64,000 bases of DNA, from contig OZ242011.1 of NCBI GenBank assembly GCA_965204755.1, positions 1,152,001 through 1,216,000 of the forward strand. The letters are read 5' to 3'. This document shows positions 10,772 to 20,008 of the stretch, piece by piece; positions within the stretch are counted from its first letter, which is position 1, and each line of letters opens with the position of its first letter. This DNA is from Candidatus Marinacidobacterium sp. Lineage in GTDB: Bacteria; Acidobacteriota; Vicinamibacteria; Marinacidobacterales; Marinacidobacteraceae. The notes beneath the pieces are model-generated. The model was given only the letters and a program-made list of their open reading frames with translations, was not told where the DNA came from and did not search any database. The position numbers and the translations under genes were made by a program.

Positions 10772-12002
10772 TCACGAGGACCCGGGGCCGTCCGACGCCG
10801 CTTCCATCCAACCCTCGGCGAACAGTTCCCCGAGCGACTCGACTGCGAGGGCGCTCTCGGCGTAGTCCAGCGTGAGCAGCGGCCGGATCGTCGCTTCCCG
10901 GGTCTCGGGATCGCGGCGACAGAGGAAGGTGGAGGGGTAGTCCGAAGCCTGCAGCCAAGCCAGGACGGCGGGGGAGTGGGTGGTGGCGATCACCTGCGGC
11001 GCGCCGTCGGTGCTCAGGCGCCGCATCAATTCGACGAGGACGCGGGCGCGATTCGCGTGGATGCCCTTCTCGATCCCCTCGATCGCCAGCAGGCCGGGCG
11101 CCGCGGGCCGGAAGAAAAGCGGCGACGATGGCGGCGAAGCGCAGCGTCCCGTCGCCGAGCGCGGTCGCCGGAAACTCCCGACCCCCTTCCCGGAGCAGGA
11201 ACAGCGACCCGCCGGGGGCGCCGCGCAGCGTTCCGACATCGTCCACTCCTTCCGGGCCGATTTCCCGAAGCCAGCCGAGGAAGCGGTCCTTGGTCCCGGC
11301 GTCGGCGCAGAGCGCCGCAACCACCGCGGCGAAGTTCTCGCCGCGTTCTCCCATCCGGTCCGCGCGCTGCGGCTCCGAGTACCGGCGCAGCACGGGAGGC
11401 GACGGGTCGAAACACCGGGTTTCCGCCAACTGCCGGGCGATGTCCTCGGCGACGCGCCGACGCTCCCGCGGGGCGTCGGCCTGCTCGACGAACTGCCGCA
11501 GGACCGGTCGCGCGCGATCCATCCACCAGGTCCGCAGACCTCCCGGCGCCCCGGTGAAACGCCGAACCCCGATCAGCGACCGATGGGGAAGATCGCCGGC
11601 CGGGGTATCGAAGTAGTCATAGCCCGCGACCACCAAGTTCTCCCGCGCCACCCTCCCGTCCGCCGGCGAGATGATGATCGAGTAGCGCCACTCCGGTCCG
11701 TCGGGCAGTTGGCCGGCAACGGCGAACTCGAATCGGTCAGCCACGCGTTTGCCCCGGTGGCAGGCGAAGGCGCTGCCGCCGCGGATTCCACCGGAGGTCG
11801 TCCCGCTGGCGGCGTTCTCCAGTTTCCCGTCGAGACACTCGCTGACGGTGGCGCCGGCGCCGATGCCCTGCAGCACGCGAAGCGCGTCGAAGAAATTCGA
11901 CTTGCCGCTCGCGTTGGCCCCGACGAGAAGGTTCATCGCCCGGAGGTTCACCTCCGCGTGGCGGCAACTCTTGAAGTTGCGGATCGTGATCTTGGTGAGC
12001 AT
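10772..12002 (-). pseudogene. Frameshifted AAA_21/AbiEii-type ABC ATPase
   Basis: Walker A GANASGKSN and LGDGTLRF are in one frame; degenerate Walker B IEGIEKGIH and IATTHSP are in another. The frameshift is at a T run near 11113-11118. Confidence 0.75.
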
Positions 12003-12324
12003 CGGGAGTGCGGGGCGAGTCCGTTCCCCTCGGAGAGACCCGCAGGACGGCCGGCCCGGAGCGTCGAGGAGCGCGGAGGCAGGTTACCGGCGGTTCCCCT
12101 GCCCGACGGCGACCGGTTCCGCCGCACCCGGCGCCACCTTCCCCGCTCTCGGCGCCGACGGGGGCGCCGCCCGCCTCGGGGCGGATCCTTCCTTGTTTGT
12201 GGTTTCGCAAACAAGGGAGTGGCTTGTTCGCGGAAACGCCGCAAACCGCAAACAACGACTCCCCGGAGACGGATCGCCCGCGCCCGTTCCGCCGGCCGCT
12301 CGCGCGCCGGGCCGTCCGGCCCCG

Positions 12325-12396
12325 TGGGCGGTGAAGGATTCGAACCTTCGACCCCCTGCGTGTAAGGCAGGTGCTCTGCCGCTGAGCCAACCGCCC
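12325..12396 (-). tRNA. tRNA-Val(TAC)
   Basis: GGGCGGTTGGCTCAGCGGCAGAGCACCTGCCTTACACGCAGGGGGTCGAAGGTTCGAATCCTTCACCGCCCA cloverleaf; CCA not encoded. Confidence 0.95.
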
Positions 12397-12537
12397 TCCG
12401 GCGCGGGCCCCTCCCGCGCGCCCCCGTCGGGCCGGATTCTCGCACCTCGCGTCGTCAGGTCCGGCCCCGCCCCTGCCGCCGGGGCGCCGCGACGGGCGGA
12501 ACCGGCGCCGGGCGGGGAGCGTTAGGAACGGGAGCCC

Positions 12538-13659
12538 ATGAAGCGAATCCTCCTCATCCTGCTCATCACCCTGGTGGTCGCCGGCGCCGCGGCGGTCGCG
12601 ACCGGGGTCGTCTCCGGGGGCGGCGGGACGCCCGAGGCCGCGAACGCCGAGGCCGCGGAAGAGACGGCCACGCCGGTGCGCGTCGCCGCCGCGAAGTCGG
12701 GGCCGGTGACCCTGCACCTGGAGACCACCTCGGCGGTGGAGGCGGAGCGCACCGCGAAGGTGCTGCCCCAGACCTCCGGGCTGCTCACCGAGATCCTCGT
12801 CCGGGAAGGGGAGATCGTCGAGGCCGGAGAGCCCCTGGCCCGGGTGGACGCCCGCGAGCGGCGGCTCGCCTTCGACCAGGCGAAACTCCGGCTCTCCCGC
12901 GCCGAGGCGGAACTCGCCCGGCAACAGCGGGCGTTCGAGCAGGAACTGGTCTCGGAGTACGACTACGAAAAGGCGCTCTTCGACCGGGACCTCGCCGCCT
13001 CCGAACTGGAGACGGCGCAACTGACGCTCGACCGGACGGAGGTCCGGGCGCCGTTCGCCGGGCGGATCACCGAGGTGCTGCTCGTCGAGGGGGAACACCT
13101 GAACGAGGCGCAGCACCTGCTGACCATCGCCGACTTCGAGACGCTGATCGCCCGGCTCTACCTGCCGGAGCGCGATGTGGCCGGGCTCGCCCCGGGGCAG
13201 CCCGCCGTCGTCCGCCCGGAGTCCGGCCCGGCGGGCGCGGGGCTCACCGGGCGCATCCGCGAAGTCAGCCCGGTGGTGGACCGCGCCACCGGCACGGTCA
13301 AGGTGACCGTCGCCATCCCCGCTGACGGCGCGCGGGGAGGCCTCGGCGCGAACGGCGCCGGCGGCGGGGTGCGGCCCGGATCGTTCGCCCGGGTGGTGAT
13401 CGAGACCGGACGCCGGGAGGACGCGGTGCTCGCGCCGAAGCGCGCCGTGGTGCAGAACGGGAACGGCGAGGCGCATGTCTTCGTGGTCGAAAACGGCCGG
13501 GCGGTACGCCGGGAAGTCACCGTCGGGGCGGAGATGGACAGCGGCGAGGGCGCCCTGATCGAACTCGTCGAAGGGCTGGAGAGCGGGGCGCAGGTCGTGG
13601 TCGCCGGGCACGCGGCGCTCGCCGCCGGGGCCGCGGTCGAAGTCCTGCCGACCTCCTGA
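12538..13659 (+). CDS. RND efflux periplasmic adaptor (MFP) subunit
   Basis: N-terminal anchor, lipoyl-like EGEIVEAGEPLA, VRAPFAGRI, SPVVDRATGTVKV. Confidence 0.9.
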   Translation: MKRILLILLITLVVAGAAAVATGVVSGGGGTPEAANAEAAEETATPVRVAAAKSGPVTLHLETTSAVEAERTAKVLPQTSGLLTEILVREGEIVEAGEPLARVDARERRLAFDQAKLRLSRAEAELARQQRAFEQELVSEYDYEKALFDRDLAASELETAQLTLDRTEVRAPFAGRITEVLLVEGEHLNEAQHLLTIADFETLIARLYLPERDVAGLAPGQPAVVRPESGPAGAGLTGRIREVSPVVDRATGTVKVTVAIPADGARGGLGANGAGGGVRPGSFARVVIETGRREDAVLAPKRAVVQNGNGEAHVFVVENGRAVRREVTVGAEMDSGEGALIELVEGLESGAQVVVAGHAALAAGAAVEVLPTS

Positions 13660-13708
13660 CCTCCACCGGACGAATCGAGCCGCCGGGGCCGCTCCGGGAG
13701 ACGACTCG

Positions 13709-16700
13709 GTGAACTCCCTGATCGCCGCCTGCATCCGGCGGCCGGTGAGCGTGGCCATGTTCACCGTGGCCGCCTGCGTCTTCGGCCTGGTGTCTCTCGG
13801 CCGGCTGCCGGTGAACCTGCTGCCGGAGATCTCCTACCCGACGCTCACCGTGGAAACGCGGCTGCCGGGCGCGGCGCCGATCGAGGTCGAGACCTTCGTC
13901 ACCCGTCCCCTCGAGGAAGAGGTCGGGGTGGTGCCCGGGCTCCGGCGGGTCACTTCGCGCTCCCGAGCCGGGACTTCGGAGGTCACGCTCGAGTTCGCCT
14001 GGGACACCGACATGGACTTCGCCGGGCTCGATGTCCGGGAGAAGTTGGACACCGTGCAGTTGCCGGAGGACGCCGAGCGGCCGCGGCTCCTGCGGTTCGA
14101 CCCCGCATCCGACGCGGTGCTGCGGCTGGGCCTTTCGGGCGAAAACCCTCTCTCCGACCTGCGCGAGTGGGCCGAGGAGGACCTCAAGAAGGACCTCGAC
14201 TCGGTGGACGGCGTCGCGGCGGTGCGGATCGAGGGCGGGCTCGTCCGCGAGATCCAGGTGGATGTGGACCAGGGCCGGCTGGCGGCGTACGGCATCACCG
14301 TGGAACAGGTGCGGAACGCGCTCTCCGGGAACAATGTGAACCTCGCCGGCGGCAGCGTGTACGAGGACGAGGCGCGTTACCTGGTCCGCACGCTGAACGA
14401 ACTGGACACCCTCGACCGGATCGGGGCGGTGATCGTCAAGAACGAGGACGGGCGGCGGGTGCGGCTCCGGGATGTGGCGGCCGTATCCGCCGGCTTCCGC
14501 GACCAGGAAGTCATCCTGCGGCAGGACGGCGCGGAAGGGGTCGAACTCCGCATCTTCAAGGAGGGCGACGCGAACACGGTGCAGGTCGCCGCGGGGGTGA
14601 AGCAGCGGCTCGAGGAACTCGAGGACGCCGTGCCCGGGGGAATGGCGCTGGCCGTCCTGTTCGACCAGTCGCAGTTCATCGAAGGGGCGATCTCCGAAGT
14701 CACCCGGAACGCCTGGGAGGGCGGGCTGCTCGCCATCCTGGTGATCGCCCTGTTCCTGCGCGACCGGCGCGCCACCGCGGTGGTGGCGATGGCGATCCCG
14801 GTGTCGGTGGTGGCCACCTTCTTCGTGATGCAGCAGATGGGGCTTTCGCTCAACATCATGTCGCTCGGCGGGCTGGCCCTCGGCGTCGGGATGCTGCTCG
14901 ACGACTCCATCGTCGTCCTGGAATCCATCCACCGGCGGCGGGCCGGCGGCGAAGCGGCGCGGGACGCGGCGGTCTCCGGCGCCGGCGAAGTGGCCGGGCC
15001 GGTCGTCGCCTCCACGCTGACCACGGTGGCGGTGTTCCTGCCCATCGTCTTCGTGGAGGGGGTCGCCGGGCAGTTGTTCCGCGACCAGGCGCTCACCGTC
15101 TCGATCTCGATCCTCGCTTCGCTGGGTTTCTCGCTGGCGCTGATTCCCGTGCTCGCGAGCCGCGCGCGCGACGCCGCCGCCGCACCGGCCGATGCCGGCT
15201 CACCGGGCCGCGCCGCCCGCCTCCTCCGGGGATCCCGTACGGCGCTCGATTTCCTCGGCCGCGGGCTGCTCTACCCGCTCCGGCCGATCCTCGCCGGGTT
15301 CACCGCTGTCGAAGGATGGATCGCCGGCGCGTATCCGCGAACCGTCCGCACCGCGCTGCGCCACCCGGGCGCGGTCTTCTCTCTCTCCGCCCTGCTGTTC
15401 GTCGGATCGCTCTGGGCGGGGCGCGCCGCCGTCGGCGTCGAACTCATCCCGGCCCTCTCCCAGGGCGAGTTCCACTTCGAGGTTCTCCTGCCGGAGGGCT
15501 CGGCGGTCTCCGCCACCGACGGCGTCATCGAGGACGCCGGACGAACCGCCCGCGCCCACCCGGCGGTGGCGCGGGTCACCACCGAAGCCGGGGCGGGCAG
15601 CGGCGCGGGGATGTCCTCCGGGGGAGGCCGCGCGGAACATCGGGGCCGCATCTCGGTGGTGATGGCCGACCGGGACGACGCCGAGGCCGAAGCGGAAGTG
15701 ATCGCCGCGCTCCGGGCCGACCTGGCGGGGAGACCCGGCCTCCGCTACGAGTTCGGGCGGCCCTCCTGGTTCAGTTTCCGCCGGCCGGTGGAGATGGAGG
15801 TCTATTCCGTCGAACGCGACGCGCTGGTCCCGAACGCGCGGCGCATCCGGGACGCTGTCGCCGGCCTGTCGGGACTGGCCGATGTCTCGAGTTCCGCCGA
15901 GGCCGGCAGCCCGGAGATCCGGGTGCAGTTCGCCGCCGACCGGCTGGCGGCGATGGGGCTGTCCGTGGACGCCGCCTCGACCGCGCTCCGCTCCAAGTTG
16001 CGCGGCGAAGTCGCCACCCGGCTGGACGAGGGCGACCGCCGGGTGGATGTGGTGGTGCGGGGAACACAAGACCTCCGTTCGCGCGCCTCCGCGGTGCCGG
16101 AGTTGATCGTCCACGCCGAGGACGCCCGCCCGGTGCCGCTCCGCGCGCTCGGCAGTTCCGTGGTGAGCGAAGGCCCGGCGGAACTGCGCCGGGTGGGGCA
16201 GCGGCCGGCGGTGGTCATCTCGGCGAACCTCGACGGCGCCGACCTGGAGAGCGCCGCCGCCGCCATCGAACGCCGGGTGGCCGGCCTCGCGCTGCCGTCC
16301 GGGGTGAGCACCCGGTTCAGCGGCCAGCGCGAGGAGATGCAGCGCTCCTTCCGCAGTCTGGCGCTCGCCATCGGTCTGGCCATCTTCCTCGTGTACTTCG
16401 TGATGGCGAGCCAGTTCGAGTCGCTGCTGCATCCGTTCCTGATCCTGTTCACCATTCCCCTCGGCGCCGTCGGCGTGGTGCTCGCGCTGCTGCTCACCGG
16501 CGCGACGGTGAGCGTGATCGTGCTCATCGGGGTGGTGATGCTCGCCGGCATCGTGGTGAAGAACGCCATCGTCCTGGTGGACTGCATCAACCGGTTGCGG
16601 GCGTCGGGGATGGAGAAGGCAGAGGCCATCGTCGCCGCCGGGCGGATGCGGCTGCGGCCCATCCTGATGACCACGCTCACCACGATCCTGGGCCTCACCC

Positions 16701-16852
16701 CGATGGCCCTCGGACTCGGCGCCGGCGCCGAGATCCGGTCCCCGATGGCCGTGACCGTGATCGGGGGGCTGCTGGTTTCGACGGCGCTCACCCTGATCGT
16801 GATCCCCACCGCGTACTCGGTCTTCGACCGCAAGCGATTCGAGGCGCCGTGA
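13709..16852 (+). CDS. RND efflux permease (AcrB/AcrD/AcrF family) 1
   Basis: GMLLDDSIVVLE, ASTLTTVAVFLP, GIVVKNAIV, RLRPILMTT; 1047 aa. Confidence 0.95.
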   Translation: MNSLIAACIRRPVSVAMFTVAACVFGLVSLGRLPVNLLPEISYPTLTVETRLPGAAPIEVETFVTRPLEEEVGVVPGLRRVTSRSRAGTSEVTLEFAWDTDMDFAGLDVREKLDTVQLPEDAERPRLLRFDPASDAVLRLGLSGENPLSDLREWAEEDLKKDLDSVDGVAAVRIEGGLVREIQVDVDQGRLAAYGITVEQVRNALSGNNVNLAGGSVYEDEARYLVRTLNELDTLDRIGAVIVKNEDGRRVRLRDVAAVSAGFRDQEVILRQDGAEGVELRIFKEGDANTVQVAAGVKQRLEELEDAVPGGMALAVLFDQSQFIEGAISEVTRNAWEGGLLAILVIALFLRDRRATAVVAMAIPVSVVATFFVMQQMGLSLNIMSLGGLALGVGMLLDDSIVVLESIHRRRAGGEAARDAAVSGAGEVAGPVVASTLTTVAVFLPIVFVEGVAGQLFRDQALTVSISILASLGFSLALIPVLASRARDAAAAPADAGSPGRAARLLRGSRTALDFLGRGLLYPLRPILAGFTAVEGWIAGAYPRTVRTALRHPGAVFSLSALLFVGSLWAGRAAVGVELIPALSQGEFHFEVLLPEGSAVSATDGVIEDAGRTARAHPAVARVTTEAGAGSGAGMSSGGGRAEHRGRISVVMADRDDAEAEAEVIAALRADLAGRPGLRYEFGRPSWFSFRRPVEMEVYSVERDALVPNARRIRDAVAGLSGLADVSSSAEAGSPEIRVQFAADRLAAMGLSVDAASTALRSKLRGEVATRLDEGDRRVDVVVRGTQDLRSRASAVPELIVHAEDARPVPLRALGSSVVSEGPAELRRVGQRPAVVISANLDGADLESAAAAIERRVAGLALPSGVSTRFSGQREEMQRSFRSLALAIGLAIFLVYFVMASQFESLLHPFLILFTIPLGAVGVVLALLLTGATVSVIVLIGVVMLAGIVVKNAIVLVDCINRLRASGMEKAEAIVAAGRMRLRPILMTTLTTILGLTPMALGLGAGAEIRSPMAVTVIGGLLVSTALTLIVIPTAYSVFDRKRFEAP

Positions 16853-19800
16853 GTCTTCCCCGCCTCTCGGTGAACCGCCCGGTCACCACCGCGATGCTGC
16901 TGCTGAGCGTCCTGACGCTCGGCGCGATCAGTTTCACCCGGATCCCCCTCGCCTACCTGCCGGATGTGGACTTCCCGGCGGTCTTCGTCACCGTCCCCTA
17001 CCCGAACTCCAACCCGCTGCAGATCGAGCGGGAGATCGTCCGTCCGCTCGAAGAGGCGCTCGCCACCATTCCCGGGGCGCGCCGCATCAACGCGACCGCC
17101 ACCGCCGACCAGGCCCAACTGCAACTCGACTTCACCTGGGGCGAGACGGTGGATGTGGCCCGCGCCAAGGTCTTCGAAGCCGTGGAGGACGCGCGGCCGG
17201 ACCTCCCGACCGATGTTCGCGAAGTCTTCGTGAACACTTTCTCGACGACCCGGATTCCCATCGTCGAGGCGCGGATCTCGGCGCCGGGACTCGACCTGTC
17301 GGCGAACTACGAACGGCTGGAGCGGCGGATCGCCGACCCCATCCGGCGGGTGCCCGGGGTCGCCCGCGTGGACCTCAGCGGCGTGGAACCGCGCGAAGTG
17401 CGCATCAACCTGCGCACCGACCGCATCGCCGCCCACCGGGTGGACATCGGGGAAGTCGCGGCGCGCGTTGAGAACCTGAACCGCAACCTGCCCCTCGGCA
17501 GCATCCGCACCGAAGGAGGCGTGACCCCGGTGCGGGGTTTCGGCGCGCTGGACGCGATCGACCAGATCGGCGCCTTCCCGCTGAACGACCGCGGGCTGCG
17601 CGTCGCCGACATCGCGGAAGTCACCTACCGCGAGCCGCCCATCGGGTTCGGCCGCCACCTGAACGACGAAGCGGCCATCGGGCTCAGCGTGTTCAAGAGC
17701 GCCGAAGCGAACACCGTCGAAGTCGCGACCGAGGTCACCGCGCTGATCGAGAGCGAGATCGCCGCCGACCCGGCGCTCGCCGGCATCAGCCTGCTGGTGT
17801 TCGAAGACCAGGCGGCGCAGATCACTTCCGGCCTCGCCGGCATCCGGACCGAAGGACTCCTCGGGGCGCTGCTCGCGGTGTTCGTGCTGTTCCTGTTCCT
17901 GCGCCGGGTGGACACCACTTCCATCGTCAGCCTGACGATCCCGATGTCCATCATCGCCGCCGCGATCATCCTCTACTTCGCGGGAAGGTCGCTGAATGTC
18001 CTCTCGATGATGGGCATGATGCTGGGCGTGGGTCTGCTGGTGGACGACGCCATCGTGGTGCTCGAATCCATCGTGCGCGAACACGGGCGCGGGCTCCGCG
18101 CCAAGGCGGCCGCGATCGTGGGCGCCCACGCCGTCTCCGGGCCGGTGATCGCCTCGACGATCACCACCGCGATCGTGTTCCTGCCGACCGTCGTGGGCGC
18201 GAAGAACCCGATGTCCATCTGGCTGGGCGAAATCGGGCTGGCGCTTTCGCTGACGGTCTTCTGTTCGCTGTTCATCTCGCTGACGCTCATCCCGCTCGTG
18301 AGTTCGCGCCTGCTGGCGCGCCGCGCTTCGGTGGCGCCCCGGTGGACCGAGCGGCTGGCGGACGCCTACCGGCGCCTCCTGCGGGTGACGCTGCGCCGCC
18401 GCTGGATCACCGCCGGGGTCGCCGCCGCGTTCCTCCTGAGCGCCGTCCTGCCGTTCTTCCTCGGCCTTTCGACCGCGGTGTTCGCCGGGCTGAACCGCAA
18501 CCGGATCTTCCTCGCCTACGAGTTCAGCGACTTCCACTACCGCGCCGACGCCGAACGGGTGGTGGACCGGGTGGAGGACGCGCTTCGTCCGCTGCGCGAA
18601 CCGCTGGGGATCGAGTCGGTTTACAGTTACTTCGCCGAGAACGAAGCGCAGACGGTGCTGTCGTTCGGGGACGAACATGTCTCGGACGACGAAGGCGCGG
18701 AACTGCGCGACCGGATCCGCGAGGCGCTGCCGACGCTGCCGGGCGTCCGCGTCCTCTTCGGGGACGACGACCGGGATACCGGAGGGAGCAGCATGTTCTT
18801 CCGGGTGAACCTCTACGGCGACGACTCCGGCGAGTTGACCGCGCTCGCGGAACGGGCGGCCGAGGGTTTGGCCGCCGTCGAGGGGGTCACGGACATCGAG
18901 AGCCGCGAGGAATCCCCCCGGCGGGAAGTGATCGTGCGTCCGCGCCTCGAAGAAGCGGCGCTCTACGGCATCACGCCCCGCGACCTCTCGGACATCTTCG
19001 GCTTCTCGCTCGGCGGCCGGCGCCTGAGGCGTTTCCAGACCGGCGAGCGGGAAGTGGAAGTGCTGCTGACCATGTCGCAGCAGGATGTTTCGCGGGTGGA
19101 GGACCTCCGGAACTTCACCCTGATCGGCGACGGCGGCTCACCGGTGCATCTCGGCAGCCTCGCCGACTTCGAAGTCGTGGAGCGGAAGCGCGCCGTCCGC
19201 CGGGTGGACCGGAAGGGGGTGGCCACCGTCCGCGCCTCTTACGGAGGGGACGACTGGAACGCCGCGCGCGAGGAGATCGAGACCGGCATGGACGGCCTCG
19301 CGCTCCCGCCCGGCGTCTCCTGGTCGTTCGGCGAACGGATCAGCCGGCAGGACACCGACCTCCGGAACATGGCGGTGAACTACCTGCTGGCGCTCCTCCT
19401 CATCTACATCGTGATGGCGGCGCAGTTCGAGTCGCTCATCCACCCGTTCGCCATCCTGATCTCGATCCCCTACGCGCTCTGGGGAGCGGCTTGGCTGCTG
19501 CTCGCCACCGGCAGCCCGTTCAACCTGATGGCGCAGATCGGGCTGCTCATCCTGATGGGTATCGTCGTCAAGAACGGGATCGTGCTCATCGATCATGTGA
19601 ACGCGCTCCGGCGCGGCGGGATGGAGCGGTCGGAGGCCCTGCTGGTCGGCGGCCGGGAGCGGCTGCGCCCGATCCTGATGACCGCCGGCGCGACCATGCT
19701 GGCGCTCGTCCCGATGAGCCTCGGGCGGGCCGGGCTGGACGGCCTCTACTACTACCCGCTCGCCCGGACGGTGATCGGCGGCCTGGCGGCCTCCACCGTC

Positions 19801-19953
19801 CTCACGCTGGTGATCCTCCCGTTCTTCTACACGCTGCTCGACGACCTCGGCCTCCGCGCCCGCCGCCTCTGGCGGGACTCCACGCCGGCCCGCGCCCGCC
19901 CCGAAGCCGCCTCCGCGCTTCCCGCCGGAGTTCCCGAAGGCGCCGCGGGCTGA
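16849..19953 (+). CDS. RND efflux permease (AcrB/AcrD/AcrF family) 2
   Basis: GTG at 16849 overlaps the previous stop; GLLVDDAIVVLE, GIVVKNGIV, RLRPILMT. Confidence 0.95.
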   Translation: MSLPRLSVNRPVTTAMLLLSVLTLGAISFTRIPLAYLPDVDFPAVFVTVPYPNSNPLQIEREIVRPLEEALATIPGARRINATATADQAQLQLDFTWGETVDVARAKVFEAVEDARPDLPTDVREVFVNTFSTTRIPIVEARISAPGLDLSANYERLERRIADPIRRVPGVARVDLSGVEPREVRINLRTDRIAAHRVDIGEVAARVENLNRNLPLGSIRTEGGVTPVRGFGALDAIDQIGAFPLNDRGLRVADIAEVTYREPPIGFGRHLNDEAAIGLSVFKSAEANTVEVATEVTALIESEIAADPALAGISLLVFEDQAAQITSGLAGIRTEGLLGALLAVFVLFLFLRRVDTTSIVSLTIPMSIIAAAIILYFAGRSLNVLSMMGMMLGVGLLVDDAIVVLESIVREHGRGLRAKAAAIVGAHAVSGPVIASTITTAIVFLPTVVGAKNPMSIWLGEIGLALSLTVFCSLFISLTLIPLVSSRLLARRASVAPRWTERLADAYRRLLRVTLRRRWITAGVAAAFLLSAVLPFFLGLSTAVFAGLNRNRIFLAYEFSDFHYRADAERVVDRVEDALRPLREPLGIESVYSYFAENEAQTVLSFGDEHVSDDEGAELRDRIREALPTLPGVRVLFGDDDRDTGGSSMFFRVNLYGDDSGELTALAERAAEGLAAVEGVTDIESREESPRREVIVRPRLEEAALYGITPRDLSDIFGFSLGGRRLRRFQTGEREVEVLLTMSQQDVSRVEDLRNFTLIGDGGSPVHLGSLADFEVVERKRAVRRVDRKGVATVRASYGGDDWNAAREEIETGMDGLALPPGVSWSFGERISRQDTDLRNMAVNYLLALLLIYIVMAAQFESLIHPFAILISIPYALWGAAWLLLATGSPFNLMAQIGLLILMGIVVKNGIVLIDHVNALRRGGMERSEALLVGGRERLRPILMTAGATMLALVPMSLGRAGLDGLYYYPLARTVIGGLAASTVLTLVILPFFYTLLDDLGLRARRLWRDSTPARARPEAASALPAGVPEGAAG

Positions 19954-20008
19954 CGGCGCCTCGCCGCGAGGCGGCCGGCCTGCCCGGCGGCGGGATAATC
20001 CCGCCTCC

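Noticed and set aside
14167-16848. 1928-aa ORF and other very long Arg/Pro/Gly-rich ORFs (e.g. 827-3970, 19802-22945, 27429-30464, 37576-41685)
   Set aside because: These are shadow frames caused by high GC, overlapping well-supported genes. Only 16849-19953 of the 1928-aa ORF is a real RND permease.
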